A stretch of 64,000 nucleotides of DNA from Octopus vulgaris (lineage: Eukaryota). Within the stretch, counting starts at the first letter, position 1, and each line of letters begins with the position of its first letter. This document shows, one piece after another, positions 49,578 to 63,870 of the stretch. A program made the position numbers and the translations under genes. The notes below the pieces were generated by a model, which was not told the origin of the DNA, did no database searches, and worked only from the letters and a program-made list of their open reading frames with translations. The DNA is taken from assembly GCA_951406725.2 (NCBI GenBank), contig OX597817.1:135532001-135596000 (forward strand). The letters run 5' to 3'.

Positions 49578-52500
49578 AAAAATTTCTCTTCAATGCTTGT
49601 ATCATTGTCATTTGTGATGGTCATTATCACCATCATTCTTTTTATGTCTATTTTTTTCCATGGTTACATGAGTCAGCAGGAACTCGTTGAGGCAAATTGT
49701 CTATGGCTGGATGCCCTTCCAATTAAGTTCATATTTTCCTCATGGCCAGTCATGTTCTCTCAGAATCCTGGAAATGAATGACTGCCTGTATGGCAGTCAC
49801 ACTTGTTTACAACTATCACACAATGTATAGACAAGGACACACACACACACACACACAAAAAGGGGGTCTTTCAGTTTCCCTCTACCAATCCCCCTACAAA
49901 CACACACACATGAACTTACTACGAGAATTTAGGTGCAAGCATGGCTGTGTAGTAAGAAGCTTGCTTCTCAACAACATGGTTCCGGGTTCAGTCTCACTGT
50001 GTGGCACCTTGAGCATCTTCTACCATGGCTTTTGGCCAACTAAAGCCTTGCAAGTGGATTTGGTAGACAGAAACTGAAAGAAGCCCATTGTGTGTGTGTG
50101 TGTGTTTGTTCCCCCACTTTGCTTGACAACCTAGGTTGGTGTGTTTACATCAGACTGATAGAATAAGTACAAGGCTTACAAAGAATAAATCCTGGGTTGA
50201 TTTCTTTGACTAAGAAACCCCACTGTAAGGTGGTGCTCCAGCATGGCCATAGTCAAATGACTGAAACAAGTAAAAGAATAAAAAGCCACATCTAAAACCG
50301 GTTGTTTTTATTTTTTTTCTAAAATAATAAAAACAATTGGTAGAAATATTAATCCAAAAAGTGTTTTCACATTTCAGAAAATGACAAAACTACTTAAACG
50401 CCATCATAATCCAATGCGTACTAAGATTATACTTAGCCTTAATCTTAATCCTCAAGGATTAACAACATACCTGTAGTCTATTCTCTCACTCTAGTTGCAA
50501 ATGTCAGACAGAAAAGATATTTGAAACAGTTTCCCACAGAAGTCTTCAACAGGTTCTTTCTACAGAGGTGAATACAACAACAACAAACAACTAGAACAAC
50601 AACACAGAAACGAACTTGTATTATATTCCACACATTTTTTTATAAAATAATAATAATCCTAAGAAGGGTTCCTGAGATTTGAGGAGACTTTTCTGTCAGC
50701 AATCCTCGCTGATTAAATTAATAACATGACAGCTTTTGTACAATGAGGATGAGGATGGCAACGATGAAGGAGGCAGTTCCAGAGTCAGTTTTGGTTTGGT
50801 TTATACAGCTGGATGTCCTTCCTAACTGTTTAAAACTTTTATAGTAAATCTATTTCTTCCGGTGGTTTTGTGCGGATTTCAGTTTTCTGATCTGGAAATG
50901 GATTGATAATAATAATAATCCTTTCTATTATTATGAAATTCTGGGGGGAGGGGGTGGCAGTCAATTAGATCAACCCCAGTATGCAACTGGTACTTAATTT
51001 ATTACCCCCAAAATGATGAAAGGCAAAGTTGACCTCGGCGGAATTTGAACTCAAAATGTAGAAGAACGAAATATCAGCATTTTCCCCAACATGCTAACAA
51101 TTCTACCAGCTCATCACCATCATCATCATCATCATTTAATATCCATCTTCCATGTTGGCAATGGGTTTGCCAACTTCACAGGAACTGGCATGGCTAGTGG
51201 CAGCACTGGGGTTCCACAGTATAGTTTTTACAGCTGGAAGCCCTTCCTAACGCCAACCACTTTACAGAATGTACTGAGTGATTTTCACATGGCACCAGCA
51301 CCAGTGTTTTTCATGTGGAACCAGAACCAGTGCATTTCAGGTGGCACCAGTGTTTTCCATGTGGCACCAGCACAAGTTTAACGTCCACCTTCCATGCTGG
51401 CATGGGTTGGACAGTTTGACAGCAGCTGGTCAGGCAGAAGACTGCGCTAGACTTCTGTGTCTGTTTCCGCATAGTTTTTTTATGGCCGTATGCCCTCCCT
51501 AAAACCAACCATGCCACAGAGTGGACGGAGTGTTTTTACATCACACCAGCACAGGAAAGGTCAGTTTTGGCATGGTTTTTACAGACAGATGTCCTTCCAA
51601 ATGCCAACAACTTTACAGTGTGGACTGGCGCCACCTAAAATCAGCAGTAACATATTAAAAGCTAATACACTTTTTTTCTCTTTTTTACTTCTTTCAGTCA
51701 TTTGACTGCAGCCATGCTGGAGCACCGCCTTTAGTCAAGCAAATCGGCCCCAGGACTTATTCTTTGTAAGCCTAGTACTTATTCTATCGGTCTCTTTTTG
51801 CAATGTTGGGGGATCAAACACAGACACACAAACATATACACACACACACATACATATATACGACGGGCTTCTTTCAGTTTCCGTCTACCAAATCCACTCA
51901 CAAGGCTTTGGTCGGCCCGAGACTATAGGAGAAAACACTTGCCCAAGATGCCATGCAGTGGGACTGAACCCAGAACCATGTGGTTAGTAAGCAAGCTACT
52001 GCCACACAGCCACTCCTACATCTACGTCTACTAATCTTCACAAAGAGCACATAGCTTGTCTGGAAAATTTTCAGTGATGACAATATCAAAGTCTCAATGG
52101 TCATTTTTAGTCTATTTTTTAAGATTATTAAAAATAATTTTGCTATTTCTTATTTCTACTCCTAAAATTCATTTTCTTAATTTTCTTAAAACCACTGTTT
52201 TTCAAGAATTGATTTATATAAGAAAAAATTGGTCTCATTCTTTATCTTCTGGCAGGAACTTTCACTAATATTTAGTCTAATGTTAGAAATGATTATGATC
52301 TTATTTTCTTTCTGTCTCTAAAAGCCATTTCAAATGTTCTTCGCAAAAACAGCAAAAATTTTATTGAAATTTAAAAAACATATAAAATAACACTTAAATG
52401 GAGCAGTTTTTGATTTTGGCACAAGAGCAGCAATTTTAAGGGGACGGGGTTAGTCGATGGCATCAACCCCACTTTATTGCCATCACATGCACAGCATCAA

Positions 52501-53455
52501 TCAGAAACGCTGTTACCAACACACACACACACTCTCTCTCTTTCTCACACACACACATACACACTCTTACACACACAAATATTCTTTTATTTTTACTTGT
52601 TTCAGTCATCTGACGGTGGCCATGCTGGGGCACCGCTATGAAGAATTTTAGCTGAACAAACCAATCCCAGTATTTATTTATTTATTTTTTAAGCTTGTTA
52701 TTTTTCCTATCATTCTCTTTGTCAAACCTCTAAATTATGGAGATATAAACAAACCAACACCGGCTGTCAATCAGGAGTGGGAGATAAACACAGACACAAA
52801 CGCACATATAGACGACAAGCTTCTTTCTGTTTCCACCTACCGAATCCACTCATAAGGGTTTGGTAGGCTTGAGGCTATAGTAGAAGACACTTGCCCAATG
52901 TGCTACAGTGGGACTGAACCCAGAACCATGAGGTTGGGAAGAAAACTTCTTAACACACAGCCACATCTGCACCTATAAGTGTATTCACTTCCACATAAAC
53001 ACACTCTTTTACGAAAAGTGAAATCCATTTAAAAGAGATAACATAAGAAAAAAAAAGAAAAGAAAAAGAATAATGAAATCTGACAGGTCCTTATTTCAGC
53101 AATTCTGTAAAGATCCCAATCATAGTTTTAAAGTCCACATTTCCATGTGAGCACAGGTCAGATGGAATTCACCAAATCCCATTTTCCATTAACAAATATC
53201 CTTTCCTTTGCAAACACTTATGTGTTTCGAAGCAAGATAATATTTCCCCAAGGAAGGACATGTTTTCACATTAGAGTCACAAGGAATGACACTGCTTGTA
53301 TAAGAGTCACACTCGTTTACAACCACTGCACATCATCACCATCATTTAGCATCCGTTTTCCATGCTGGCATGGGTTGGACAGTTTGAGAGGAACTGGCAA
53401 ACCGGAAAGCTGCGCCAGGCTCCATTGTCTATCTTTGTATGGTTTCTACAGCTAG

Positions 53456-53729
53456 AAAAACTATTGAAGCAAGGAGATGGAAATGGCTGGGTTGAGTTTG
53501 TCGCTATGAACCGAACTCAATTGTCAAGATTGCTTTGCAACGGATTCCACAAGGTAAAAGAAGATGGTGGCCCACCAAAGGAAACGTGGCAGAGAACAAT
53601 AACAAAAGATCTTAAAAGCAGCAGGTTAACAATGGAGCAAGCTGTCGAGGACACTTCCAATGTTAGAAGATGGAATGATCTTGCTGTCGCCTCAAGTTCC
53701 ACAAGGCACAATAAGAATCAAATGAATGA
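53456..53729 (+). mobile_element. RTE-like 3' fragment with 11-bp TSD, nested in an RTE tail
   Basis: PKETWQRTITKDLK...RRWNDL; tctacagctag at 53445-53455 and 53730-53740. Confidence 0.7.
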
Positions 53730-56700
53730 TCTACAGCTAGCTGCTCTTTCTAATACCAACCACTTTATGGAATGTACTGGCTGCTTTCTACATGGCACCA
53801 GTACAACGTCAAGACAAGGAGACACACACACAACACACACATATGTATGCTGGGCTTCTTTCAGTTTCCATCTACCAAATCAACTCACAAGGTTGGTCGA
53901 CCCAGGGCTTTAGTAAATCACACTTACTAAGGTGCTATTCAGTGGGACTGAACCTGAAAGTGGTGATTAGGAAACAAGCTGCTTAACCACACAGCCATGC
54001 CTGCATCTACAGGCTGACAAATAAAATCAACCATGGCACGATTTGAACTCAAATGTTGGCACAAAGAGAGCAATTTTTTAAGGGGAGGGGAGATAGCCAA
54101 TTACATTGACCTAGTATTTGACTGGTAGGTTTTTTTTTATTGACCCTGAAAGGATGAAATGCAAAGCTGACCTCAGCAGGACTTGAACTCAGAATGTAAA
54201 GAGCTAGAAGAAAGTCCACTAAGCATTCTGTCCAATGTGCTAATGACTCTCTCCCAGCTGGAACCTAATGTAATAATTGTTTGTAAACATGATGGAAGCA
54301 GCTAGATTTCGAGTAGTGACATCATTTGATTGTTCTCTTAAACATGAGCAGCTCAGATGTGGTTTTTCAGTCCTGCTAGAGACTTACACTCTTCTAACCA
54401 GATGTGGCAATGAGGGGCCCCTCTTGCGGGAGGTGTTTCCAGGGTTACCACCCAAGCTGACACCTACCTTCATTCCATCATGAATTTTTCCATTGAGATT
54501 TTTGCCTTTCTCAGCAACAGCCAAACACAGAATGCAACACAAAATAGAAATGTTAAAAATCAAGCGATCCCTGTGCCTGGAGCATTTTAAAGTGAAAAAA
54601 AGGCTTTGCACAAGGCCACTTCCAATCACTAAATTGGTTGTATGCATTTATCCAAAAAGAAGAACTCATCTACATTATTGGATGCAAAGAAAGTCACAGG
54701 CATTACATCAGAGTTTTCCATCTCTTAGAAAGATGTCTAAACAAAGGCTATGGGTCTCTCACTCCCAGTTGTTTGATGGCTGTTGACCCTACTTTGTCTG
54801 CCCTTTAATAGGTTTTGTGTTTCCTCCTGCAGAGTATCCAATGAAAACTACCCTTTTTACCAAGCAGGCAGGCTTGGTAGCATTGCCAGGCAGATATACA
54901 TACTACAGACATGGTGGCTGCTCCCTCGTTATCGAGTATGGCCATTGCACGAAGCTTAATCAATGTTGTTATTGTGCAATGCCTGTGCAAGAAGATTTTT
55001 TTAAGTGAAGAAAGGCTGTGCACTGAGTCAATCCCACTCACTAAGCAACAGCAGCCATAATCCGAAAAGAAGAACAAGTCAACATCATCGGTAACCACTG
55101 AGCTGCAGGTTTTATATCGGAGTTATCCCAGTTACCTGAGTTACCTTCTCCTAGAAGAATGCCCTAACAAAGGCTAGGAGTCCTTCACTCCCAATGGTTT
55201 AACCGCACGATCGGGTATTCAGTCCAATTATTTCTATATCCCCGCACATGATACAGCCTTATACATCTATTGGATGGCTGTTGACTCTCAAGAGTTCCTC
55301 CGCCCTTTGACAGGTTTTTGTTTTTCATCCCGCAGGGTGTCCAATAAACACCCTCCTCACCAAGCAAGCTTGGTGGGGTTGCCGGTTTAGTCGCCGACGA
55401 CCCGACCATGCAACAGGTTGTACAGGGTTACATGTTACCAGTAGCACTCAAAATTGACCTGACATGAACATACTACATACATACATACACACATACATAC
55501 GTATATTATTAAACAATGCTGTAGACTGTCACAGACTAAAAACAAAATAACTGCATCTGCCTCTAGACACAATTCTGAGCTTGACACAAAGATGTTCTAC
55601 TTGATAAAATTAACTTAGTAATTGCATTACTAACGATTATTTTATTGACTCCAGAGGAAGGATAGTCATCTGCAATGTGAATTAAATCCTCTCAACACAG
55701 AATTATTGTAGGCCATCATATTTACATAGATTGAGCAACAATAATACATTGAATTGGTGAAAATATACAAACTTTACTACTTTACTTTGACTGGCAATGG
55801 GTTTCTTGTAATAGTAGTAGCGATAGTAGTAGTGGTGTTAGTAGTAGTAGTAGTAGTAGTAGTAGAGATTTTTTTCGTTATTTTTAAGTTTTGTTTATAT
55901 TAAGCAAGAAGCAATGAAGCATTTTGGAAGATAACTAGTAATTAGAGAAATACCCAGTAATTAAGGAGAAATAATCAGGACATCATTTAACAAGTCCCTG
56001 TCACATTTAACACTAAAAAGTACAGCCTTTATCCTTCTTAAAAATGAGTGGAAGAAGACTATTGCCTTAGAATATTGGACTCTCTCCTTGTTATTTTGAG
56101 GAATGAGGGTTCGGCAGGACCCAGCTGCACAATGTTCTTAGTTCAATATTTTGTCCTCTCGTCTCATGTGGGAATTCAGACTCATCTGGGATTTGTAGAC
56201 CTGGTTGCGGACAACTTTGTAGTAGCGATCTGCATCATTTGGGGGTAGGTTGGACCCTATTTTACATTGGGCTCTTTCCTCCCTCATCATGCTGCTGGAT
56301 GCTTTTCATCTGCGACTGATAAACCTATCTGCCTTTTAGCACTGCGCCGCCTTGAATGGCTTCTGTGCTGGTGGCACATGACCTGCTGTGCTTGAGGGGA
56401 CCTATTGAGTCAAGTACATCAACATCAAAATAAATATTAAATGGAAATTGTAGTTATGATACCTGTGCCGGTGGCACGTAAAAAGCACCATCTGAACGTG
56501 GCCGATGCCAGTGCCACCTTGACTGGCTTCTGTGCTGGTGGCACGTAAAAAGCACCCACTACACTCTTAGAGTGGTTGGCATGAGGAAGGGCATCCAGCT
56601 GTAGAAACACTGCCAGATCAGACTGGAGCCTGGTGTAGCTTCCTGGCTTCCCAGACCCTGGTCGAACCATCCAGCCCGTGCTAGCACGGAAAACGGATGT

Positions 56701-58646
56701 TAAACGATGATGATGATGATGTCTATATGAGAAGCTTTCTTGAGACAAATACAGCAGTTTTGTGGCTTTCAACAGTATATCTATGTTAAGTACATACTTG
56801 TTATATGCAAAACTTTAGAAATTACATGCAGAGCTAGAAACAACTCAATGACTACACTGGAATATTTTGGTAAAAATTAAAAGGTACACTACTTGACTCA
56901 ATAGGTCTCCTCAAACACGGCATGTCGCCCTACGATCCAAGGTACTTTTGAGTGGGCTGGGGCTGGTTATGCAACACTGGTGTAGGCTACAGCTGTGAAC
57001 TCACTTTATTTGCCAGGTCTTCTTAGTCACAGCATACCTCCAGCAGTCTAGGTCTTTTGTCATTATCTCTGTGAGATCCAATATATATATAAATATATGA
57101 CACATAAAAAGCATCATTCGAGAATGGCCAATGCTAGTGCCGCCTGACTGGCACCTGTACCAGTGGCATGTAAAAAACACCATTCGAGCATGACTGATGC
57201 CAGTGCCACCTGACCGGCATTAGGAAAGGCATCCAGCTGTAGAAACTTTGCGAAATCAGATTGAAACCTGGTGCAGCCTTCCGGCTTGCTAGTTCTCAAT
57301 CAAACTGTCCAACCCATGCCAACATGGAAAGCAGATGTTAAACAACGATGATGATAATGATGATATGGTATATCTGGTATGGACATAAATTACTGTTCTT
57401 TTTGTTTTTAAGTCATGAGTTAATATAACTAAGCAATTAAAATGTATGCAAATATGCAAAAATGTTCAGATTAGATGCAAAAAAAAAAGCAGTAGCCATG
57501 TTCTGCAATGGTGGAAGAAAGCTGCCGTTTCTTTCTTTGTTCCTAATTAGCAGTTTTCAGTTTTCTTTAGCAGTGAAGCTAAAACACTGTACCTGATGAA
57601 GCTAAGACATTAATATCAATTTTGTTACCTGTTTATGAATTATTAAACAATTGGAATATGCGTATAAAAGAGTTTCTATCAGAAGACAAGTTACAAACAA
57701 CAAACAGGTGCATTTAAGTGCAGCAGAGCAACCATTACTGAGAATGGTAAAGCTTCTTGAGACACACTCCCTTGGCAACTAAGAAATGCAGTGCCATGAT
57801 GACACTCTCACATCCCTCCCTCCCTCTTATGACTTTAATCTGTCTCCTTTCACCCTGCTTCAATCTGTGCATAAACACCCTCTTCTCTCTCTCTCACATA
57901 GTATTCTCCCTCTCTCTCACATATCCTGTTTTCTCCTTCTCTCCGTCTTTCCCACTCTGAGGTCTACGAACGAGATAGTTTCTGATCTTTGTTGTACCCT
58001 GCCTTACCAAAACAAAATGGTCCTTGCATCCCTCCATCTCCTTCACTCCAACTATCTCTCTTTTTCTCTCTCCCTTCTTCCCATCAACCAGTTCCTACAC
58101 AGAGAGATCTAATGATCCCTAAACTGTACCATTGCAAGCTCCTTCATCATCACTAGAACTCCAAACGAAAATCTGCAGAGAAACTGTTGTGACGGCAACA
58201 TGTGCAAGAGAAAAATTGTGAAATTCTGCACAGGAAGAGTAATATGAGAAGAGGGGAGGAGGAAGAGTAGCATGAGAGAGGCGGAGGAACAGGATACGTG
58301 TGGGAGAGAAATGATAGAAAGAGAAGTAGAAGAGAGAGAGAGAGAGGGGGAGGGATGTGCAACAGTCTGAGAAAGAGACTGTCACCATAGCACTGCGTAG
58401 TGGACTCCATAAGCTGCAGCGAAGGCAACCTGACTGGGAAAGCAGCGATTCTCATGAAAAACTTTCATAGTGAGAGGATGTGTGGGGGGGAGGGGAGATG
58501 CACGATGACAGAGATGGAAGTCAGAGGTACAAAGGTTGGAAATAGTGAATGACAAAGGTTAGTGGGGGGGGGTATCAATGGCAGGTATTGAGAGGGTTCA
58601 GGAGGAAGGGATATTCATTAGAAAAGAAAATAAGGGATGATATCAA

Positions 58647-59219
58647 GTGTGCAGGACGTATATAAGGGAAGTGGTTCCAAAGAAGGGGATAACTAGCAAG
58701 AAATGGCATGTGTGCAGGACGTATATAAGGGAAGTGGTTCCAAGGAAGGGGATAACTAGCAAGGAATGGCATGTGTGCAGGACGTATATAAGGGAAGTGG
58801 TTCCAAGGAAGGGGATAACTAGCAAGGAATGGCATGTGTGCAGGACGTATATAAGGGAAGTGGTTCCAAGGAAGGGGATAACTAGTAAGGAATGGCATGT
58901 GTGCAGGATGTATATAAGGGAAGTGGTTCCAAGAAAGGGGATAACTAGCAAGGAATGGCATGTGTGCAGGACGTATATAAGGGAAGTGGTTCCAAGGAAG
59001 GGGATAACTAGCAAGGAATGGCATGTGTGCAGGACGTATATAAGGGAAGTGGTTCCAAGGAAGGGGATAACTAGCAAGGAATGGCATGTGTGCAGGATGT
59101 ATATAAGGGAAGTGGTTCCAAGGAAGGGGATAACTAGCAAGGAATGGCATGTGTGCAGGACGTATATAAGGGAAGTGGTTCCAAGGAAGGGGATAACTTG
59201 CAAGGAATGGCATGTGTGT
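58647..59219. repeat. 63-bp minisatellite, about 9 highly similar copies
   Basis: Unit gtgtgcaggacgtatataagggaagtggttccaaggaaggggataactagcaaggaatggcat. Confidence 0.95.
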
Positions 59220-61705
59220 AGGTTTGTTCTCAATTACAGCAGCTGAAGAAATAGGCTGTAGTTAGAATGATAAAAAAAGGATGAATGTTAGAATGATGAG
59301 TTATGAGGAAGGCTTGACAGAACAGATTGGGTGTAGAGGCGTAGATATTAACAATTATGCTTTTAAGAGCTCGTTTTTGTTGAGATAAACAGCTATTCTT
59401 AAGCACAGCAAATTATAATCATCTTAGTCCTTTGTCGTCTCCTCTGTAAAGCTCAACAACCTGAAGTCATGTCTTCACTACTTCATCCAACATGTTCCGG
59501 GGTCTCCCTCTTTCACAAGTTTCATCCACATCTAACAAATTATATTTCTTTATCCAGCTACTCTCATCTACATCCCTCTATCCTCCCCAACTCAGGACTC
59601 TTCACTCACCACCCTCCAAACCCTACCAACTACTTTTACAGTTGCAGGCTTGCTCCTTGTCCCCTCATCTGTTCCCCTTACAATTTTGTTATCCCCCCAC
59701 CCACCCACTTCTACTCACCACATGCCTTGAGAGGCCACCTGGACACCTCATCTCCAATATCTCTTCACAGCTCTTGTTGATCATTCTCCCTTTCCCCTAC
59801 TAAATGTGAACAACCGTGCAGCCCTTCTACAAGAACTTGCTCTGTCCACCCCATCCTTCTCTCATACTTTAACCCCTAGCATAAAGCCAACCCCATCTTC
59901 CTAAGGGTTCATAGTCTTGCAAGCAGCATGGCGACCTCAATAAAAGTGCTGGTGGCATGAAAACAAAGCACCCAATACATTCATTAAAGTGGTTGATATT
60001 AGGAAGGAGATGCAGCCATAGGGACCATGCCAAAGCAGACACTGGGACATGATGCAGTCCCTGGCCCTTCAGATCCTGTCAAACCATCCAACCCATGCCA
60101 AGGTGGGACATGGACTTTAAATGATGACGATGACCAACATTATCATTTTAACACCATTTTTCAAGCTTGCATGGGTTGGTAGGCTCTTCTTAAGCAAAGC
60201 ATCTGCCTTTATGTTGTAGAATTTTGTCATTTCCTTTCAGCTTCTTCAGAGAAATGTCCTTCTCAAGAAGCATCATGTGTCCAGCCATAACAACTCGATT
60301 ATCAGTTACACACATTTCAGTCGATCACTCTTATATTCAGTTTTTCTCTCAGTTCATTTACATTTCATCATTCGCACACACTAACACTACACATTTAATC
60401 AATCATCATCATCATCGTTTAACATCTGCTTTCCATGCTGGCATAGGTTGGACAGTTTGACTGAAAACTTGTAAGCCAGGAGGCTGCACCAGGCTCCAAT
60501 CTGTTCTGGCAAGGTTTCTACGGCTGGATGTCCTTCCTAACGCCAACCACTCTAAGAGTGTAATGGGTGCTTTTTAGATGCCACCGGCACAAGTGCCCCT
60601 GACCTGACACTGGCATCAGCCACGACAACAGTCTCACTTGGCTTGACAGGTCAACATAAGGGTCTTGGTCACCTGTCACTGCCTCTATGAAGCCCAATAC
60701 TCGAATAGTGCTTTTTACATGCCACTAGCACAGGTAGCCACCAACCTCTGCATGTCCTCTGCACTCACAAACCATATTCCAGAGACAATCATCACATTCT
60801 AACATTCTTTCAAACAGAGAATTTCTTTGTTGCAAGCAGAGACTAGAATTCCTTGAACTTTTTCCACTTTATTCTACTCTAGCTAATTTAACCTCCACTG
60901 CTTTTAATTAGGTCACTGAGATAATGGAGCTCAAGAACACCACCCACTTCCAATGCTGATTAGGTCACCCAGATAAGAAAATTTATCACCTACATTTAGG
61001 GAGCCCTTCAAGCATTTGGACATTTTAATTCATGTGTGCTTCTACAGATAGCTACATCTGCATATCTACTACATACAAAACCCTTCTTTTCTCTCAGCCA
61101 GCCTCTGATCCCCTGCACTTACACCTCTTGTGCACCCACACTTTATATGTAGTGCACTTTATAATATTAAGTACACCACATGGTAGTCTAACCCACTACA
61201 TGACCACTTGCCAGATGGCAGTAGAGTTCTGTTCCTTTCCCACCCACTAAAGTTTTAACTTTTATTAAGGTTTACAGAAAAACCTTTCAGTTATCATCAT
61301 CATTATCATTTAACATCCATTTTCCATTCTGGCATGGGTTGGACAGTTTGACTGGAACTGGTGAGCTGGAGAGCTGCACCAGGGTCCAGTCTGCTTTGGT
61401 GTGGTTTCTAGGGCAGGATGCCCTTCCTAACACCAACCACTGTACAGAGTTCACTAGGTGCCTTTTATGTGTCACCAACACAAATGCCTGAAACAAGTAA
61501 AAGATAAAAGAATTGTTCTTTTCTCTCTCAAAACACACCGAGTCCTGTTACCCACACACACATACACACACACACACACATGTGCATGTAATTTTCTATT
61601 GCAATGTTCTACCAATATCATTGTGTGAATGTGTGTACATAGGTGGATATGTATGCATTTATAATTGTATGTATATAAACGCATGTAGATATATGGATGA
61701 TATAT

Positions 61706-62110
61706 AAGGCGGCGAGCTAGCAGAGACGTTAGTACGCTGGACGAAATGCTTAGTGGTATTTCGTCTGCTGCTACGTTCTGAGTTCAAATTCCACCGAGGT
61801 CGACTTTGCCTTTCATCCTTTCGGGGTCGATTAAATAAGTACCAGTTACGCACTGGGGTTGATGTAATCAACTTAATCCGTTTGTCTGTCTTTGTTTGTT
61901 CTCTCTGTGTTTAGCTCCTTGTGGGTAGTAAAGAAATAGGTATTTCGTCTGCCATTACATTCTGAGTTCAAATTCCGCCGAGGTCAACTTTGCCTTTCAT
62001 CCTATCGGGGTCGATTAAATAAGTACCAGTTACGCACTGGCGTTGACGTAATCGACTTAATCCGTTTGTCTGTCCATGTTTAGCCCCTTGTGGGCAGTAA
62101 AGAAATACGT
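61706..62110 (+). mobile_element. SINE family A with tandem partial duplication
   Basis: Full head, then ggtatttcgtctg...ttagccccttgtggg unit twice. Confidence 0.8.
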
Positions 62111-62164
62111 ATTTGGATGATTGTTGGGTGCTGATCAATGTCACAACGCTGAAACCCAAGGGAC

Positions 62165-63220
62165 ACAGAAAAAACAAGGAGAAACAAGGAGAAAAAAGGA
62201 GAGCAAAAAGGAGAGAAGAAAGGAGAGAAAAAAGGAAAGAAGTAAAAAGGAGAAGAAAGGGAGAGAGAAAAGGAGAGCAACAAAAGGAGAGCAAAGAATG
62301 AGAGTAAGGAAGGAGAGCAAAAAAGGGGAGAAGGGAGATAAAAAAGGAGAGAGAAAAGAGAAAGAAAAGGAGAGCAAAAAAAGGAGAGAAAAAGGAGAAA
62401 AGAAACAAGAGAAGAAAGGGGAGCAGAGAAGGAGCGCAAAAAGGGAGAGAAAGAAAAGAGAGCAAAATAGGAGAGAAGAAAGGAGAGAAAAGGGAGAGAG
62501 AAAAGGAGAGCAAAAAAGGAGAGAAGAAAGGGACAGAAAAGGAGGAGAGCAAAAAAGGAAAGCAAAGAAGAGAATGAGAGAAGGGAGAGAAGAAAGGAGA
62601 GACAAAGGAGAGCAAAAAAGGAGAGCAAGGAAGGAGAGCAAAAAAAGGAGAGAAGGAGGGCAAAAAGAAGAAACGGAGAGACAAAATAGAACAAAAAAGG
62701 AGAGCAAAAACAGAAGAGCAACAAAGGAGAGCAAAAAAGGAGAAAGGAGAGAAAAAAGGAGAAAGGAGAGAAAAAAGGAGAAAAGAAAGGAGAGAAGGAA
62801 GGAGATAAAAAGGAGAGCAAGGAAGGAGAGCAAAAAAGGAGAGGGAAAAAAGAAAGGGAGAGAAAAAGGAGAGCAAAAAAGGAGAGAGGAAAGGAGAGAA
62901 GAAAGGAGAGAGGAAAGGAGAGAAGAAAGGAGAGAGGAAAGGAGAGAAGAAAGGGGAGCAAAAAAAGAAGAGAAAATGGGAGAGAAGAAAGGAGAGAAGG
63001 AAGGAAAGAAAAAAGGGAGAGAAAAAAGGAGATCAAAAAAGGAGAGCAATGAAGGAGAGCAAAAAAGGAAGAAGAAAGAGAGAGAAAAAGGAGAGCAAAA
63101 AAGGAGAGAAGAAAGGAGAGAGGAAAGGAGAGCAAAAAAGAAGAGAAAATGGGAGAGAAGAAAGGGACAGAAAAGAAGGAGAGCAAAAAAGGCGAACAAA
63201 AAAGGAGAGAAGAAAGGAGT
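62165..63220. repeat. ~1 kb polypurine low-complexity tract (aaaggagag[a/c]aa-like units)
   Basis: Plus strand is almost entirely A/G. Confidence 0.9.
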
Positions 63221-63344
63221 CTCTGATTCTTACATAAAAAGTGGTAAGCATTAGGAAAGACATCCAGCCATAAAAACTATGCCAAAGAAGATGGTGGCGT
63301 TTGGTGCATTCTTCAGCCTTACCTGCCAAGCTGTCCAACCAATT

Positions 63345-63870
63345 TTCATCTTCAGGAAGAGAGGAAGAAATGCAAGTCTACAGGTGCTAAATCTAGAAAA
63401 TAGGACAGGTGAAGGAACATACAACCATGTTGTTTTTGACGAGAAACTCTCAAGTGAGGAGAGGTCAGTGACCGGATGCATTGTTGTCATGAAGAATCTA
63501 ATTCATTGAGCTCCACAGATCCAGTCCCTTCTGCTGAACGTTCTCCCTCAAATGCTTCCAAACATCGTAGTGGAACTCTCAACATTCTAAAACCTCCCCC
63601 CCCCGGGGGAGGGGGGTTAAGTTCTCGATGCACAGTACCACATTTCCAGGTGTGACACTCGTAGCAGGTCTTCCAGATCAATCATTGTCTTCCAGGGACG
63701 TTCTTCTACTTTTGAAGCACCCGTGCCATTTTGAAACATTGCATACAACCTTACTGTCTCACTGCCATAAGCATGCCGAAGCATGCTCCAATGTCTCTGT
63801 TGCAGACTTCCCAAGTTCAAAACAGAATTTCACGTTGGCTCTTTGTTCCTGTCCATGACAAGAATCACAA
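63345..63870 (-). mobile_element. Second decayed mariner, internally deleted
   Basis: Frameshifted EQRANVKFCFELGKSATET, MLRHAYGSETV, RTSLEDN..SGRP, HDNNAS.H, FLVKNNMVV, S.DLAP.D, F.KMK. Confidence 0.75.

Noticed and set aside
56060-56335. Minus-strand NQVYKSQMSLNSHMR as a host exon
   Set aside because: Resembles a decayed LINE C-terminal finger; no compatible splice sites.
57590-57680. acCTGATGAagc as a hammerhead start
   Set aside because: No matching stem II or GAAA half found.
58575-59246. Repetitive ~200-aa ORFs, or a CRISPR-like array
   Set aside because: Pure head-to-tail 63-bp repeat with no unique spacers and no cas genes, in a eukaryotic context.
61968-63254. Long ORFs of 300-377 aa (K/E/R-rich or F/L/S-rich)
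   Set aside because: Stop-free by composition in a polypurine tract; open in many frames with no domain.
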